DNA of 64,000 nt from the NCBI GenBank assembly GCA_049669185.1, contig JBATKF010000505.1:6547-70546 (forward strand). Reading direction: 5' to 3'. Below, one piece after another: positions 1 through 9,250 of this stretch (position 1 is the stretch's first letter; the number at the start of each line of letters is the position of its first letter). A model generated the notes under the pieces. The model was not told the origin of the DNA and did no database searches. It worked only from the letters and a program-made list of their open reading frames with translations. The position numbers were made by a program, and so were the translations under genes. The stretch is from Sedimenticolaceae bacterium (GTDB taxonomy: Bacteria; Pseudomonadota; Gammaproteobacteria; Chromatiales; Chromatiaceae).

Positions 1-239
1 GACCGAATTTTCTCGCCATCGACCCCGACGAATGCATCGATTGCGCCCTGTGCGAACCCGAGTGCCCGGCCGAGGCCATCTTCGCCGAAGATGACGTTCC
101 CCGGGATCAGGAGGCATTCATCGCGCTGAACGCCGAACTGTGCGCCGACTGGCCGGTGATCACCCAGCGCAAAGATGCGCCACCGGATGCCACCGAGTGG
201 GACGGCGTAGGAGACAAATTGAAGCTCCTCGAACGTTGA
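1..239 (+). CDS. fdxA: Ferredoxin, Azotobacter FdI-like, 3' part only (5' end outside window)
   Basis: Not in the ORF track because it has no start in the window. Frame from nt 3 reads [33 protein letters not shown]...[14 protein letters not shown], with stop TGA at 237-239. It carries a CxxCxxCxxxCP cluster motif and an FdI-like C-terminal tail. Confidence 0.88.
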   Translation, partial: PNFLAIDPDECIDCALCEPECPAEAIFAEDDVPRDQEAFIALNAELCADWPVITQRKDAPPDATEWDGVGDKLKLLER

Positions 240-255
240 TGGTCTGCGCGTCGCA

Positions 256-1014
256 TCAATCGAGGCGGGGGCGAGCGAGGATGGCGCTGATGTTGTCGTG
301 ACCGCCCGCCGTCAGGGCCGCGTCGACCAGGCTCTGCACCTGCTGCTCGAGGTCGCCTCGCGGGTCGCGGAGGATGCGCGCGATGGCACTGTCTGGTATC
401 AGGCCGTGCAATCCGTCGCTGCACATCAGGTAGGTGTCACCGACCTCCAACACCGCGCTGCCGACATCCACCTCGGCCTCACGCTGAATCCCCAGACTGC
501 GGGTCAATACGTTGTCGCGGATACCTGCCTCACGTGCTGAGGCGCGGTTTACGAACACACCGTCATCGATCATGCGCTGAATTAACGAGTGATCACGGGT
601 CAGGCGTCGCATCCGCCCATAGCGCACCCGATACAGGCGCGAATCCCCGACGTGCGCGTAAAATACCTGACCATCCCGGAAGACCGCCACAACCAGCGTC
701 GTGCCCATGCCGGACAGCTCCGGATGGACATCGCACATTTCGCTCAGTGCCCGATTGGCCGCGTCAACCGCCTGCCCGACCAGCCGCCGGCTCTCGGCAT
801 CATCGTCTCTGTGCTCGCGTTGCGACGGCAGGAGTTGGTTGAACGCCGCCCCTACGGCGACGCGGCTGGCAATCTCGCCGGCGCGATGCCCGCCCATGCC
901 GTCCGCGAGCACCGCCACCCCCAGGTCACCGTCGACCTCCAGCCAGTCCTGATTGCTTTTGCGCAGCAGTCCGGTGTGCGTGCGGACTGCCAGTTCCATC
1001 GTATGTACTGCCAT
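256..1014 (-). CDS. PP2C-family Ser/Thr protein phosphatase
   Basis: 252-aa ORF with PP2C motifs: RKSNQDW, LADGMGGHRAGEIAS, SDGL, GGHDNISAIL. The start could instead be the Met 5 codons downstream. Confidence 0.88.
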   Translation of the reverse strand: MAVHTMELAVRTHTGLLRKSNQDWLEVDGDLGVAVLADGMGGHRAGEIASRVAVGAAFNQLLPSQREHRDDDAESRRLVGQAVDAANRALSEMCDVHPELSGMGTTLVVAVFRDGQVFYAHVGDSRLYRVRYGRMRRLTRDHSLIQRMIDDGVFVNRASAREAGIRDNVLTRSLGIQREAEVDVGSAVLEVGDTYLMCSDGLHGLIPDSAIARILRDPRGDLEQQVQSLVDAALTAGGHDNISAILARPRLD

Positions 1015-1073
1015 CGGGCGGCTCAGCGCTTGTCGATGTCTACCGGCCGGGTAGACCGAATGTCAGTGTGAAC

Positions 1074-1808
1074 TCACTTGGCAGACGCTTGACGGCGCTG
1101 ATCCAGGGCCTGGCGCAGCTTGTCGGGAGGCACATAGCCCGGCACCGTTTCACCGCTTTCGAGGACCAGTGCGGGCGTGCCCTGAAGGCGCATCGCCTGG
1201 CCCAGCGCGTAATGCTCGTCCACCGGGTTGTCGCAGGTCTTGGGCGCGACCGGCTGACCGGCCTTGGCCTGGTTCATGGCCGCCTTGCGGTCATCGGCAC
1301 ACCAGACAGAGACGGCCTTGTTGTAAGACTCGCTGCCGATACCCGCGCGCGGGTAGAAGAGGTAGCGGATGCGGATGCCTTTCTCATTGTAGCCGGCCAT
1401 CTCGCTGTGCAGGCGGCGGCAGAACCCGCAATCGATGTCGGTAAACACCGTGACTGTGTGCTCGGCATCCTCGGGCCCAAAAATCACCATCTGGTCTTCA
1501 CCGACCTCCTGCAGCGCCGCCAGCTTGAGCGCCGATTGGCGCCCGGCAGTGATCTCGGTGCGCGTCTCGAGGTCGATCACACTGCCCTGCACTAGGAACC
1601 GCCCATCGCCTGTGACGTACACCACGCGCATCCCGAACGACACTTCGTAGAGATTCTGGATCGGTGTGGTACGGATGTCGTCGACCTGCAGATCCGGCAG
1701 CAGCACCTTCAGTGATGCGGTGATCTTATCGGCGATCGCCTGGTCGACCGCCGCCTGGGCAGGGGCGATCAGCAACAGCGCGCAAACAAACAAAACTCGT
1801 CTAATCAT
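1074..1808 (-). CDS. dsbC: Thiol:disulfide interchange protein DsbC
   Basis: 244 aa with an N-terminal signal peptide (LLIAPAQA), a CGFC thioredoxin-fold active site and a DsbC-like dimerisation N-domain. It sits near xerD, as in enterobacteria. Confidence 0.88.
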   Translation of the reverse strand: MIRRVLFVCALLLIAPAQAAVDQAIADKITASLKVLLPDLQVDDIRTTPIQNLYEVSFGMRVVYVTGDGRFLVQGSVIDLETRTEITAGRQSALKLAALQEVGEDQMVIFGPEDAEHTVTVFTDIDCGFCRRLHSEMAGYNEKGIRIRYLFYPRAGIGSESYNKAVSVWCADDRKAAMNQAKAGQPVAPKTCDNPVDEHYALGQAMRLQGTPALVLESGETVPGYVPPDKLRQALDQRRQASAK

Positions 1809-1817
1809 GTTGAAAAC

Positions 1818-2300
1818 TCAGTCGCGAAAGTTGATGAACTGCAGCGGCAGCCCGAAGTCCACGCTCTTGAGCAGTGCGATAACCGCCTGCAGATCGTCGC
1901 GTTTCTTGCCGCTGACCCGCACCTGCTCACCCTGGATCTGGGCCTGCACCTTGATCTTCGAGGCCTTGATCTCCTTGACCATCTTGCGGGCTGTATCGGT
2001 ATCGATACCCTGACGCATGGTCACCGCCTGGCGCGCCCGATTGTTGGCCGTCTCGGCCTTGCCGATCTCCAGACAACCGATGTCGACCGACCGTTTGGCG
2101 AGCTTTTTTTGCAGGATGTCCATCATCTGCTCGAGCTGAAACTCGCTCTCGGCCTGCAGCGTCGCTGTCGCGCCGTCGAGACTCAGCTTGGCATCACTGC
2201 CCTTGAAGTCGAACCTCGTGCCAACCTCGCGATTCGCCTGGTCGACCGCGTTGCGCACCTCCTGCAAGTCGACTTCGGATACGACATCGAACGAGGACAT
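1818..2300 (-). CDS. yajQ: YajQ family (UPF0234) nucleotide / c-di-GMP binding protein
   Basis: The ORF-track frame is 1818..2366. The conserved N-terminus MSSFDVVSEVDLQEVRNAVDQANREV begins at the ATG whose complement is at 2298-2300, giving about 160 aa, the typical family length. Confidence 0.88.
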   Translation of the reverse strand: MSSFDVVSEVDLQEVRNAVDQANREVGTRFDFKGSDAKLSLDGATATLQAESEFQLEQMMDILQKKLAKRSVDIGCLEIGKAETANNRARQAVTMRQGIDTDTARKMVKEIKASKIKVQAQIQGEQVRVSGKKRDDLQAVIALLKSVDFGLPLQFINFRD

Positions 2301-2334
2301 TGACCGACTCCACACCAAATCCGCCGCAAGGCTA

Positions 2335-2592
2335 TCACATGGAGCGGCCCAAATTACCTGCAACAATCAGGAAATCCACGTCGACGGTGTCCCTGACACT
2401 CAGTGCGCCGCCAAACACGGAGAAAGGGGTAATGCCGAAATCGCTGTGCAAGAGGCGCAGACGACCCGCCACGCGGGTTTCGCCATCATCGGTCTGAATC
2501 GATACCGGTCGCGTATAGCGTCGACTGACACCGCGCAGGCTCACCACCAGGTCCGCGGTCGAACTGCCCCTCCCTGGCCCGGTCGACCGCAA
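2335..2592 (-). pseudogene. YceI-like domain, C-terminal half only (5'-truncated remnant)
   Basis: The 85-aa frame ...SLRGVSRRYTRPVSI...GRLRLLHSDFGITPFSVFGGALSVRDTVDVDFLIVA resembles the C-terminal half of YceI-family proteins (about 190 aa). Only 58 nt separate it from the xerD stop, the start is TTG, and the upstream in-frame sequence shows no YceI similarity. Confidence 0.45.
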
Positions 2593-2649
2593 TCGCGACG
2601 CCTGTCGTGAAGTACCAGGAACCCCAGCAGACTGCGCAAAGCGTTCAGA

Positions 2650-3585
2650 TCAACCCCGCGGGTGGTGGCGCGCATGCAGCGCCTGCAGCCGCTCGCGTGC
2701 CACATGGGTGTAGATCTGGGTGGTCGACAACGAGCTGTGACCGAGCAGCAGCTGCACGACGCGCAGGTCGGCGCCGTGATTCACTAGGTGGGTGGCGAAC
2801 GCATGACGCAACGTATGCGGTGACAGTGACTGGTGGATACCGGCCGCCAGCGCATGCTTCTTGATCCGATACCAGAATGCCTGGCGTGTCATAGCGGCGC
2901 CGCGCCGGGTGGGAAACAGCGCGTTGCTGGGCCGCGCGTCCAAGAGCTCGCGCCGCGCGCCGGCGACGAAGCGCTCGATCCAGCGCATGGCCTCCTCACC
3001 CAGGGGCACCAGGCGCTCCTTATTGCCCTTGCCGGTCACCCTGACCAGCCCCTGGGTCAGGCTCAGCTGGTCGGGCTGCAATCCCACCAGCTCGCTTACC
3101 CGCAGACCCGTGGCATACAGCAGCTCGAGCATCGCGCGATCACGCAGCCCCTCGGCAGTGGACAGATCGGGCGCACTGAGCAGGGCCTCGACCTCGGCCT
3201 CGCTCAATGATCTGGGCAGCGGACGACCGAGGCGCGGCGCCTCGATCTGGGCGGTCGGGTCTACCGCGAGGTCGTGTTCACGCAGCGCCCATTGGTAAAA
3301 CTGACGCAGCGTCGACAACCGTCGTGCACTGGTCCTGGGCTGGGCGCCGGCGTCGACACCGGCGGCCAGAAAGGCCAGCAGCTGTTCGCGGCGCGCCCCC
3401 AACAAATCGGTCTGGGCATTTGCGGCCAACCACCGCGCAAAATGGCGCAAGTCCGACTGGTAGGACAGCAGGGTGTTCGCGGACAGGCCGCGCTCCATCC
3501 AGGCGGCATCTGCGAAGCGCTCGATCTCGGCCGCTGCCGTTGCGCTGATCGGCGATTCTGTCTCACCCACGCGGGAGCCCGCCAT
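2650..3585 (-). CDS. xerD: Site-specific tyrosine recombinase XerD
   Basis: SANTLLSYQSDLRHF N-domain and catalytic signature GLRVSEL, HTLRHAFATHL, LLGHSSLSTTQIYTHV. The start was moved to MAGSRV (ORF-track start 3666), because the upstream extension is Arg/Pro-rich with no similarity. Confidence 0.88.
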   Translation of the reverse strand: MAGSRVGETESPISATAAAEIERFADAAWMERGLSANTLLSYQSDLRHFARWLAANAQTDLLGARREQLLAFLAAGVDAGAQPRTSARRLSTLRQFYQWALREHDLAVDPTAQIEAPRLGRPLPRSLSEAEVEALLSAPDLSTAEGLRDRAMLELLYATGLRVSELVGLQPDQLSLTQGLVRVTGKGNKERLVPLGEEAMRWIERFVAGARRELLDARPSNALFPTRRGAAMTRQAFWYRIKKHALAAGIHQSLSPHTLRHAFATHLVNHGADLRVVQLLLGHSSLSTTQIYTHVARERLQALHARHHPRG

Positions 3586-3736
3586 CCCAGATCCTCCTCG
3601 AATACCGAGCCTGGTGCGAACTGGCCGCGTCGCAGCCGGTACATGGCGCCGATTTACTACACGCAAAGCCCGTTTGCCTGGATTTCATCACACCCGCGTG
3701 CAAGGATAACCTGACGTCGAATGGTGTGGAGGTGCC

Positions 3737-4069
3737 GTGCGCGATCGGTTGAGGGTGTTGCTGAATTCTCTCGAGTCGGAGCTGCGCTTGCAGGGCCGCT
3801 GGGACAGCCTATCACCGCCCGAGGCGGCACTGCGCAGTACGCAGCCGTTTGCCGTCGACACGCTCGAATTCGATCAATGGCTGCAGTGGATCCTGCTCCC
3901 AAAGCTGCATGATCTGCTGCTGCGCCAACAGCCACTGCCGGCGAGCTGCGCCATCGAGCCCATGGCGGAGGAGTGCTATGGGCCGGACGATCCCACCACC
4001 ACTCGCATAGTCTCGATCATCGCGCAGATCGACGCACTGCTGAATGAATCTGAGGGCGACCTCAATTGA
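3737..4069 (+). CDS. yqcC: YqcC family protein (DUF446)
   Basis: 110 aa with a GTG start preceded by GGAGG. STQPFAVDTLEFDQWLQWILLPKLHDLL...QPLP closely matches the E. coli YqcC core as I recall it. Confidence 0.8.
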   Translation: MRDRLRVLLNSLESELRLQGRWDSLSPPEAALRSTQPFAVDTLEFDQWLQWILLPKLHDLLLRQQPLPASCAIEPMAEECYGPDDPTTTRIVSIIAQIDALLNESEGDLN

Positions 4070-4085
4070 GCAGCGACAGCCGATG

Positions 4086-4110
4086 GTTTTCCACATTGCC
4101 TGTGGAAAAC
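4086..4110 (+). terminator. Hairpin downstream of yqcC (possible weak terminator)
   Basis: Perfect 10-bp stem GTTTTCCACA / TGTGGAAAAC with a 5-nt loop, 17 nt after the yqcC stop. It is followed by TCTGTG, a poor U-tract. Confidence 0.35.
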
Positions 4111-4244
4111 TCTGTGAGCAACATGCAGAGATTGACGTACAGACCGCATGCGATCGTATAGGTCATCATTTTGACCAAATTCTAGCCAATTCCGAATTTA
4201 TTCAATTTTTTCTGAATGTTAGAGAGCTATTCTGAAGTTGCGCC

Positions 4245-4260
4245 TGGCAATGATCCTGCA
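4245..4260 (+). promoter_or_regulatory. Sigma-54 (-24/-12)-like promoter candidate upstream of ycgN
   Basis: TGGCAATGATCCTGCA has GG and GC at the canonical 12-nt register of TGGCAC-N5-TTGCA. It lies in an AT-rich spacer 57 nt upstream of the ycgN ATG. A motif this short can occur by chance. Confidence 0.3.
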
Positions 4261-4316
4261 ACTGTCGCGGCACCGGTCCGCAATATTCGACCTGTGCATA
4301 ATCGTTTCTGACTAAT

Positions 4317-4787
4317 ATGGCTCAAAGGCAAGTAAAGACCCCGGTGCCAAACATGCCGATTCCCTTCTGGCGGCGCAAAGACCTCGATGAAATGACCCAC
4401 GAGGAGTGGGAGTCCCTGTGCGACGGTTGCGCCAAATGCTGCCTGTACCGTCTCGAGGACGAAGACACTCGGCAGATCCACTTCACCAATGTCCATTGCC
4501 GCCTGCTCGACACCGAAACGGCCCGCTGCACCGATTATTCGCAGCGCTCTGTCCGGGTACCGGACTGTGTGACCATCACGCCCGCCGTGCTCAAAGACCC
4601 CTACTGGCTGCCGAAGACCTGCGCCTATCGGCTGTTGGCCGAGGGTCGCGACCTGCCGCGCTGGCACCCGCTGGTCTCGGGTGACCCCGCGAGCGTCATG
4701 CGCGCCGGGCAGCGCGTCTGTCGGCGGTCGATCTGCGAGGATGACGCCGACGCGCTCGAAAAGCATCTGGTCGACTGGATCGAGTAA
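4317..4787 (+). CDS. ycgN: YcgN family (UPF0260) cysteine-cluster protein
   Basis: 156 aa with FWRRKDLDEMTHEEWESLCDGCAKCCLYRLEDEDT...VHCRLLD...ARCTDY, which is typical of YcgN. Confidence 0.85.
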   Translation: MAQRQVKTPVPNMPIPFWRRKDLDEMTHEEWESLCDGCAKCCLYRLEDEDTRQIHFTNVHCRLLDTETARCTDYSQRSVRVPDCVTITPAVLKDPYWLPKTCAYRLLAEGRDLPRWHPLVSGDPASVMRAGQRVCRRSICEDDADALEKHLVDWIE

Positions 4788-4824
4788 CCTTTTGCGATCG
4801 CAATCCAGCGCGAAGCGAGCGGTC

Positions 4825-6123
4825 TCAGGGCGAAAAGCGCGTCAGAAGGGCCATCTCACCCGCGCCTTTCGGTAGCCTGACGGACACCTCCCAGCCACCG
4901 CCGGGCACTTCGTCCAGCGGATTTCCCCGCATGTCCAGCATGGTCTCCAGCCGAAAACGCCGGTTGCCGTCGGGTGCAAGCAACTCCATTTCGTCACCGA
5001 CGCAGAACTTGTTCTTGACCCGTAGTCTGCACAATCCCGTCGCCGGATCGATGCCGGCCACCTCCGCGACGAATTGCGACCTGGCGCTGTTCGAGGACCC
5101 CTGACGATAGTTCTGCAGATCCTGGCTCGCGTGACGCTGCAAAAAACCGTCCGTGTAGCCGCGATTGGCAAGGCTCTCCAGTTCTGTCAACAGTCCAGGA
5201 TCAAAAGGCCGCTGCGCGACGGCATCATCGATCGCGCGCCGATAGACCTGCGTGGTTCGCGCCGTGTAGTAGTGCGACTTGGTGCGGCCCTCGATCTTGA
5301 GACAATCGACCCCGATCTCGGTAAGCCGCTGCACATGCTCGACTGCACGCAGATCCCGCGAATTCATGATGTAGGTGCCGTGTTCGTCTTCGAAGATCGG
5401 CATGAACTCCCCCGGGCGCTCGCGCTCCTCGAGATAGTAGACCTCGTCCGCCTTCGGATGGCGCTTGATTTCGGTCAATGGAATCTCGGCCACTGCGTCC
5501 AGGTCCTCGCGTGCGATCTTGTAGTCCCAGCGGCAGGAGTTGGTGCAGGTACCCTGGTTGGCATCGCGATGGTTGAAGTAGCCGGACAAGAGGCAGCGGC
5601 CGGAATACGCGATACATAGCGCGCCGTGCACGAATACCTCGATCTCCATGTCGGGGCAGGCCTGGCGTATGTCGGCCACCTCGTCGAGTGACAGCTCGCG
5701 CGACAGAATCACGCGGGTCAGACCGACCGACTGCCAAAACTTCACGCCGGCCGCATTCACGGTATTGGCCTGCACCGACAGATGGATGGGCATCTCCGGC
5801 CATCGCTCACGAACCAGCATTATCAGCCCGGGATCGGCCATGATCAGCGCGTCCGGGCGCATCGCCACTACCGGCGCGATGTCGTCCAGAAAGGTCTTCA
5901 GCTTCGCGCCATGCGGCATCACATTGGTAGCGACGAAGAATTGCCGGCCTTGGCGATGCGCCTCGTCGATTCCGATGCGCAGATTGTCTTCCAGAAAGTC
6001 GTTGTTACGCACCCGCAGGCTATAGCGCGGCATGCCCGCATACACGGCATCGGCGCCATAGGCGAAGGCATACCGCATATTGCGCAGGGTGCCGGCGGGG
6101 GCAAGCAGTTCAGGGCTGTTCAT
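4825..6123 (-). CDS. yegQ: Peptidase U32 family protein, YegQ/TrhP-like (tRNA hydroxylation)
   Basis: 432 aa. The N-terminus PELLAPAGTLRNMRYAFAYGADAVYAGMPRYSLRVRNNDF is nearly identical in pattern to E. coli YegQ as I recall it. Confidence 0.82.
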   Translation of the reverse strand: MNSPELLAPAGTLRNMRYAFAYGADAVYAGMPRYSLRVRNNDFLEDNLRIGIDEAHRQGRQFFVATNVMPHGAKLKTFLDDIAPVVAMRPDALIMADPGLIMLVRERWPEMPIHLSVQANTVNAAGVKFWQSVGLTRVILSRELSLDEVADIRQACPDMEIEVFVHGALCIAYSGRCLLSGYFNHRDANQGTCTNSCRWDYKIAREDLDAVAEIPLTEIKRHPKADEVYYLEERERPGEFMPIFEDEHGTYIMNSRDLRAVEHVQRLTEIGVDCLKIEGRTKSHYYTARTTQVYRRAIDDAVAQRPFDPGLLTELESLANRGYTDGFLQRHASQDLQNYRQGSSNSARSQFVAEVAGIDPATGLCRLRVKNKFCVGDEMELLAPDGNRRFRLETMLDMRGNPLDEVPGGGWEVSVRLPKGAGEMALLTRFSP

Positions 6124-6211
6124 CGGGCGATCCAGGGGCTCAGCAGTGGGCTGGGGCCAGGATTGTCGCGCAGTTTCACGGGCGCGGAAAATCGTGTCGA
6201 ACCAACGGGCA

Positions 6212-7207
6212 TCAAAAAACGACGCTGCGCCGGGTGAGGACGATCAGCAGCAGAATCAACAGCAGGATTACCCAGGTCGATCCATAGATCAGTGTCGACT
6301 GGCGCGCCTTGCGGCGCTCATGCCAGGTGCGCGGCTTGACGCCTTTGGCCATGAACACCAGCTTGGCGGCGACGATGACACACACCACGTTGACCGCCAG
6401 CAGCAGCATCGCGCCGGCGGCCAGCCGCGGATGCCCCGCACCGAGCAGCATGCCCATAGTCGCCGTCGGCGGCAAGAGCGCGACAGCCACCATTACGCCG
6501 ACCAGGGTCGAGGAAAGCCCGGTGCTCAGCGAGAGCACCGCGGCCGCCCCGGAGGCCAGCGCCAGCGCGATGCCGTCGAGACCGACATCGGTGCGCGCGA
6601 GGATCTCTGTGCTGGCCAGCAGCATCTCGCCACGCCCGATATCGACCGGCCAGGTCATACCGATCGCAAACGACAACGCAAAGGCGAGGCCGAGCCCGGC
6701 CAGGCCCGCCTTCAGCGATTTCCACACCAGATCACCATCGCCCAGCGATGACCCGAAGGCGAGCGCAATCATTGGCCCGAGCAGTGGTGCAATCACCATC
6801 GCCCCGACGACCACCGCGACGTTGTCCTCGATGAGGCCGATCGCGGCAACCACCGTCGACAGGAAGGTCAACAACAAAAAATTGCTATCGACCCGCGCAC
6901 CCTTTTCAATCTGTGACATCAATTCTTCGCGTGTCGCCGCAGCGGCATACTGACTGTCCTCCTCTTCGCGCGGTAGGACGGTATCTATCGGCAGTACGAC
7001 GATGCGGGTATTCTCCGAGCCGCCGAACAGGCTCTGCAGCGCGTCCATCACCGGCTGACGCGTCTTGTCGTTGACCAACATACGAAATGCACGGCGGCCG
7101 TCGTCGGCGGGCGCACCCCACCAGTAGTCAGTGACCGCATGCTGGTCCGCGATCCCCGACAAGGTGTCGGTGTGGCCCGCATCGGCGACTATCTCGATCA
7201 GACGCAT
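6212..7207 (-). CDS. DUF389 / TIGR00341-family membrane protein
   Basis: 331 aa with a soluble N-domain (MRLIEIVADAGHTDT...) followed by a multi-TM glycine/alanine-rich region, typical of the DUF389 family. Confidence 0.75.
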   Translation of the reverse strand: MRLIEIVADAGHTDTLSGIADQHAVTDYWWGAPADDGRRAFRMLVNDKTRQPVMDALQSLFGGSENTRIVVLPIDTVLPREEEDSQYAAAATREELMSQIEKGARVDSNFLLLTFLSTVVAAIGLIEDNVAVVVGAMVIAPLLGPMIALAFGSSLGDGDLVWKSLKAGLAGLGLAFALSFAIGMTWPVDIGRGEMLLASTEILARTDVGLDGIALALASGAAAVLSLSTGLSSTLVGVMVAVALLPPTATMGMLLGAGHPRLAAGAMLLLAVNVVCVIVAAKLVFMAKGVKPRTWHERRKARQSTLIYGSTWVILLLILLLIVLTRRSVVF

Positions 7208-7325
7208 GGTGTTTCATCCCTTGCAGACAGACTGGAAGATTCCCGGCGATTGTACCCGCGCAATCGCCCGTGATGGGATGCCTGGAATGACCCGACGGCT
7301 TAAGGTCGAGGGATGTAATAGACGT

Positions 7326-7346
7326 TGCGCATCGCACCGATGCGCA
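7326..7346 (-). terminator. Hairpin just downstream of the soeC-like gene
   Basis: Perfect 9-bp stem TGCGCATCG / CGATGCGCA with a 3-nt loop, 6 nt after the stop. There is no good U-tract on the minus strand. Confidence 0.3.
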
Positions 7347-7351
7347 GTCTT

Positions 7352-8356
7352 TCAGCCGACCGTCTGGTAATACAGATTCTGCGGGTGCCTGGCCTCGGCG
7401 AAGAAATACCACCGCTCGGCCATTAGGCCGACATACTGAACGGCAAAGGCAAGGAGCGGAAGGTAGGCCGACTGCAGCGCATTTGACGCCGCCAGCAAGG
7501 CCACAGGTAGCACAAACACGGCGACAAGGAAGAACCCCTTGATCGATGCCAGGGTCGCGTTTCCGGCACCGTGGAAGAACTCACGGGTATTGAACGAACC
7601 GCCCATGAAGCCCATCGAACGCTGGCGAATCGCGCTGTGCCGAATGCCGATCGCGGTCTGCAAGGTCGACCTCGGCTTGATACGTGCGTTGCGATACATC
7701 GATAAACCGCGCGTAATGGCCGCCAGCACCGTGAAGATGACCGCCCAAACGCCGAAGAAACCGACGAGCGCAACGCCGCGCCATGCGGAGAACGCAGCGG
7801 CGAGGGTGAAGCCCGATGCCAGGCCGAACAGCAGAAAATTGGCCACCGTAAGTGGGCTGTGCCATTCCTGGAGGAACCGCAGGCTCGCATAGATCATCGC
7901 GGTACACACGAACAGCACCATGGACATCAAGGCACCGACGATACCGAGCAGCAACGTCGGATCGACCGGAATCTGCCCCTGGATCACGAACAGCGGGTCG
8001 GTCACACGGAAATAGTGGGCAGCGCCATACAGGACAACGAGCACCATGAACATCGGCAACGCGATCAACTCGCGCGACAGCCAGGAGGAGCGCCATTGCG
8101 TGACACCGCGCCAGGCACGGGTAAGAAAGTAACTCGGTTTCCCGAGATGGAATACTGCAGCCACCAGGCCGCCGCCCAGCAAGACCAGCGCCAAGGCGCT
8201 GCCCATGGCGTAAAAGCTAACGCTGTCCTGCGGTTCGAGGAGATTGGCCAGCGAATAAACCTGACCGGTCACCAGGGACATGAACAATCCCTGGCCGGCG
8301 CCAATCAGCGTTGTCAGGAAGATTACCGAGAATGCCGGATGCATGGAAAACTCCAA
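7352..8356 (-). CDS. soeC: Membrane anchor subunit of Mo-enzyme complex (DmsC/NrfD-like; SoeC-like)
   Basis: 334-aa polytopic membrane protein and last gene of a three-gene operon with FeS and molybdopterin subunits. Its size matches the roughly 36-kDa SoeC. Confidence 0.65.
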   Translation of the reverse strand: MEFSMHPAFSVIFLTTLIGAGQGLFMSLVTGQVYSLANLLEPQDSVSFYAMGSALALVLLGGGLVAAVFHLGKPSYFLTRAWRGVTQWRSSWLSRELIALPMFMVLVVLYGAAHYFRVTDPLFVIQGQIPVDPTLLLGIVGALMSMVLFVCTAMIYASLRFLQEWHSPLTVANFLLFGLASGFTLAAAFSAWRGVALVGFFGVWAVIFTVLAAITRGLSMYRNARIKPRSTLQTAIGIRHSAIRQRSMGFMGGSFNTREFFHGAGNATLASIKGFFLVAVFVLPVALLAASNALQSAYLPLLAFAVQYVGLMAERWYFFAEARHPQNLYYQTVG

Positions 8357-8407
8357 AATCGGTGACGGCAGACAGTAGCCAACAGAGACGCGTTTTTTTT
8401 GTGTTCG

Positions 8408-9136
8408 TTAGTAGGCAACATCGTCCAGCGTCTCGCCTTCGGCGGCCGGCAACGGCGCCTCTTTCTTGAGCGGGTTGTCGGCGCGCTCCAGTTCGTCATC
8501 AAAGATCTGGATGCGCGTCTTGCGCCGTGGCAGGTAGTGGTTAGCCGGCTGCGTACCCCACTCGGGCATCAGCTGGTAGCCACCGTTCTCGCGGATCGCG
8601 ATCGAGACCTCGGAATCTGGATCATGCACGTCGCCATACAGCCGTGCCGTGGTCGGACAGGCCAGCACGCAGGCGGGCTTGCGCTCGTTCTCCGGGAGGC
8701 TCTGATCGGTAATGCGATCGATGCACAGCGTACATTTCTTCATCACCTTTTGCTGCTCATCGAGTTCGCGTACACCATAGGGGCAGGCCCAGGCGCAATA
8801 CTTGCAGCCAATGCACTTGTCGTAATCGACCAGCACGACACCATTGTCCTCACGCTTGTGCGACGCCCCGGTCGGACACACCGGGACGCACGGCGGCTCT
8901 TCGCAATGCAGACAGCTCTTGGGAAAGTGCACGGTCTCCGTCTGCGGATACTCCCCGACCTCGAACATCTGCACCCGATTGAAGAAGGTGCCGGTCGGGT
9001 CCACGTCATACGGCCGTTGATCGACCAGTGCGCCCGCCCAGCCAGAGGTGTTCCATTCTTTACACGAGGTAACACAGGCGTGACAGCCCACGCAGACGTT
9101 CAGGTCGATTACCAGTGCCAGCTGGGTCATGAGCAA
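8408..9136 (-). CDS. soeB: 4Fe-4S ferredoxin-type electron-transfer subunit (SoeB-like)
   Basis: 242 aa with four Cys clusters: CVGCHACVTSC, CLHCEEPPCVPVCP, CIGCKYCAWACPYG, CTLC...C...C. This is the DmsB/PsrB family. Confidence 0.8.
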   Translation of the reverse strand: MLMTQLALVIDLNVCVGCHACVTSCKEWNTSGWAGALVDQRPYDVDPTGTFFNRVQMFEVGEYPQTETVHFPKSCLHCEEPPCVPVCPTGASHKREDNGVVLVDYDKCIGCKYCAWACPYGVRELDEQQKVMKKCTLCIDRITDQSLPENERKPACVLACPTTARLYGDVHDPDSEVSIAIRENGGYQLMPEWGTQPANHYLPRRKTRIQIFDDELERADNPLKKEAPLPAAEGETLDDVAY

Positions 9137-9250
9137 TACTCTCCAGTCACGCGCCGTGGCCCTGGATGACCCGCGCGCGCGATGTGCAAGAAGCGATAAC
9201 GCAACACTCGATGCCCTCCTTCAGCGGCGACCCGCCGGTGGGACGGCCGT

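Noticed and set aside
2650-3585. Tyrosine recombinase as a possible marker of an integrated mobile element
   Set aside because: The sequence pattern is XerD-like and it sits with dsbC, yajQ and yqcC, which is the housekeeping context known from enterobacteria. No att-like repeats, phage genes or transposases are nearby.
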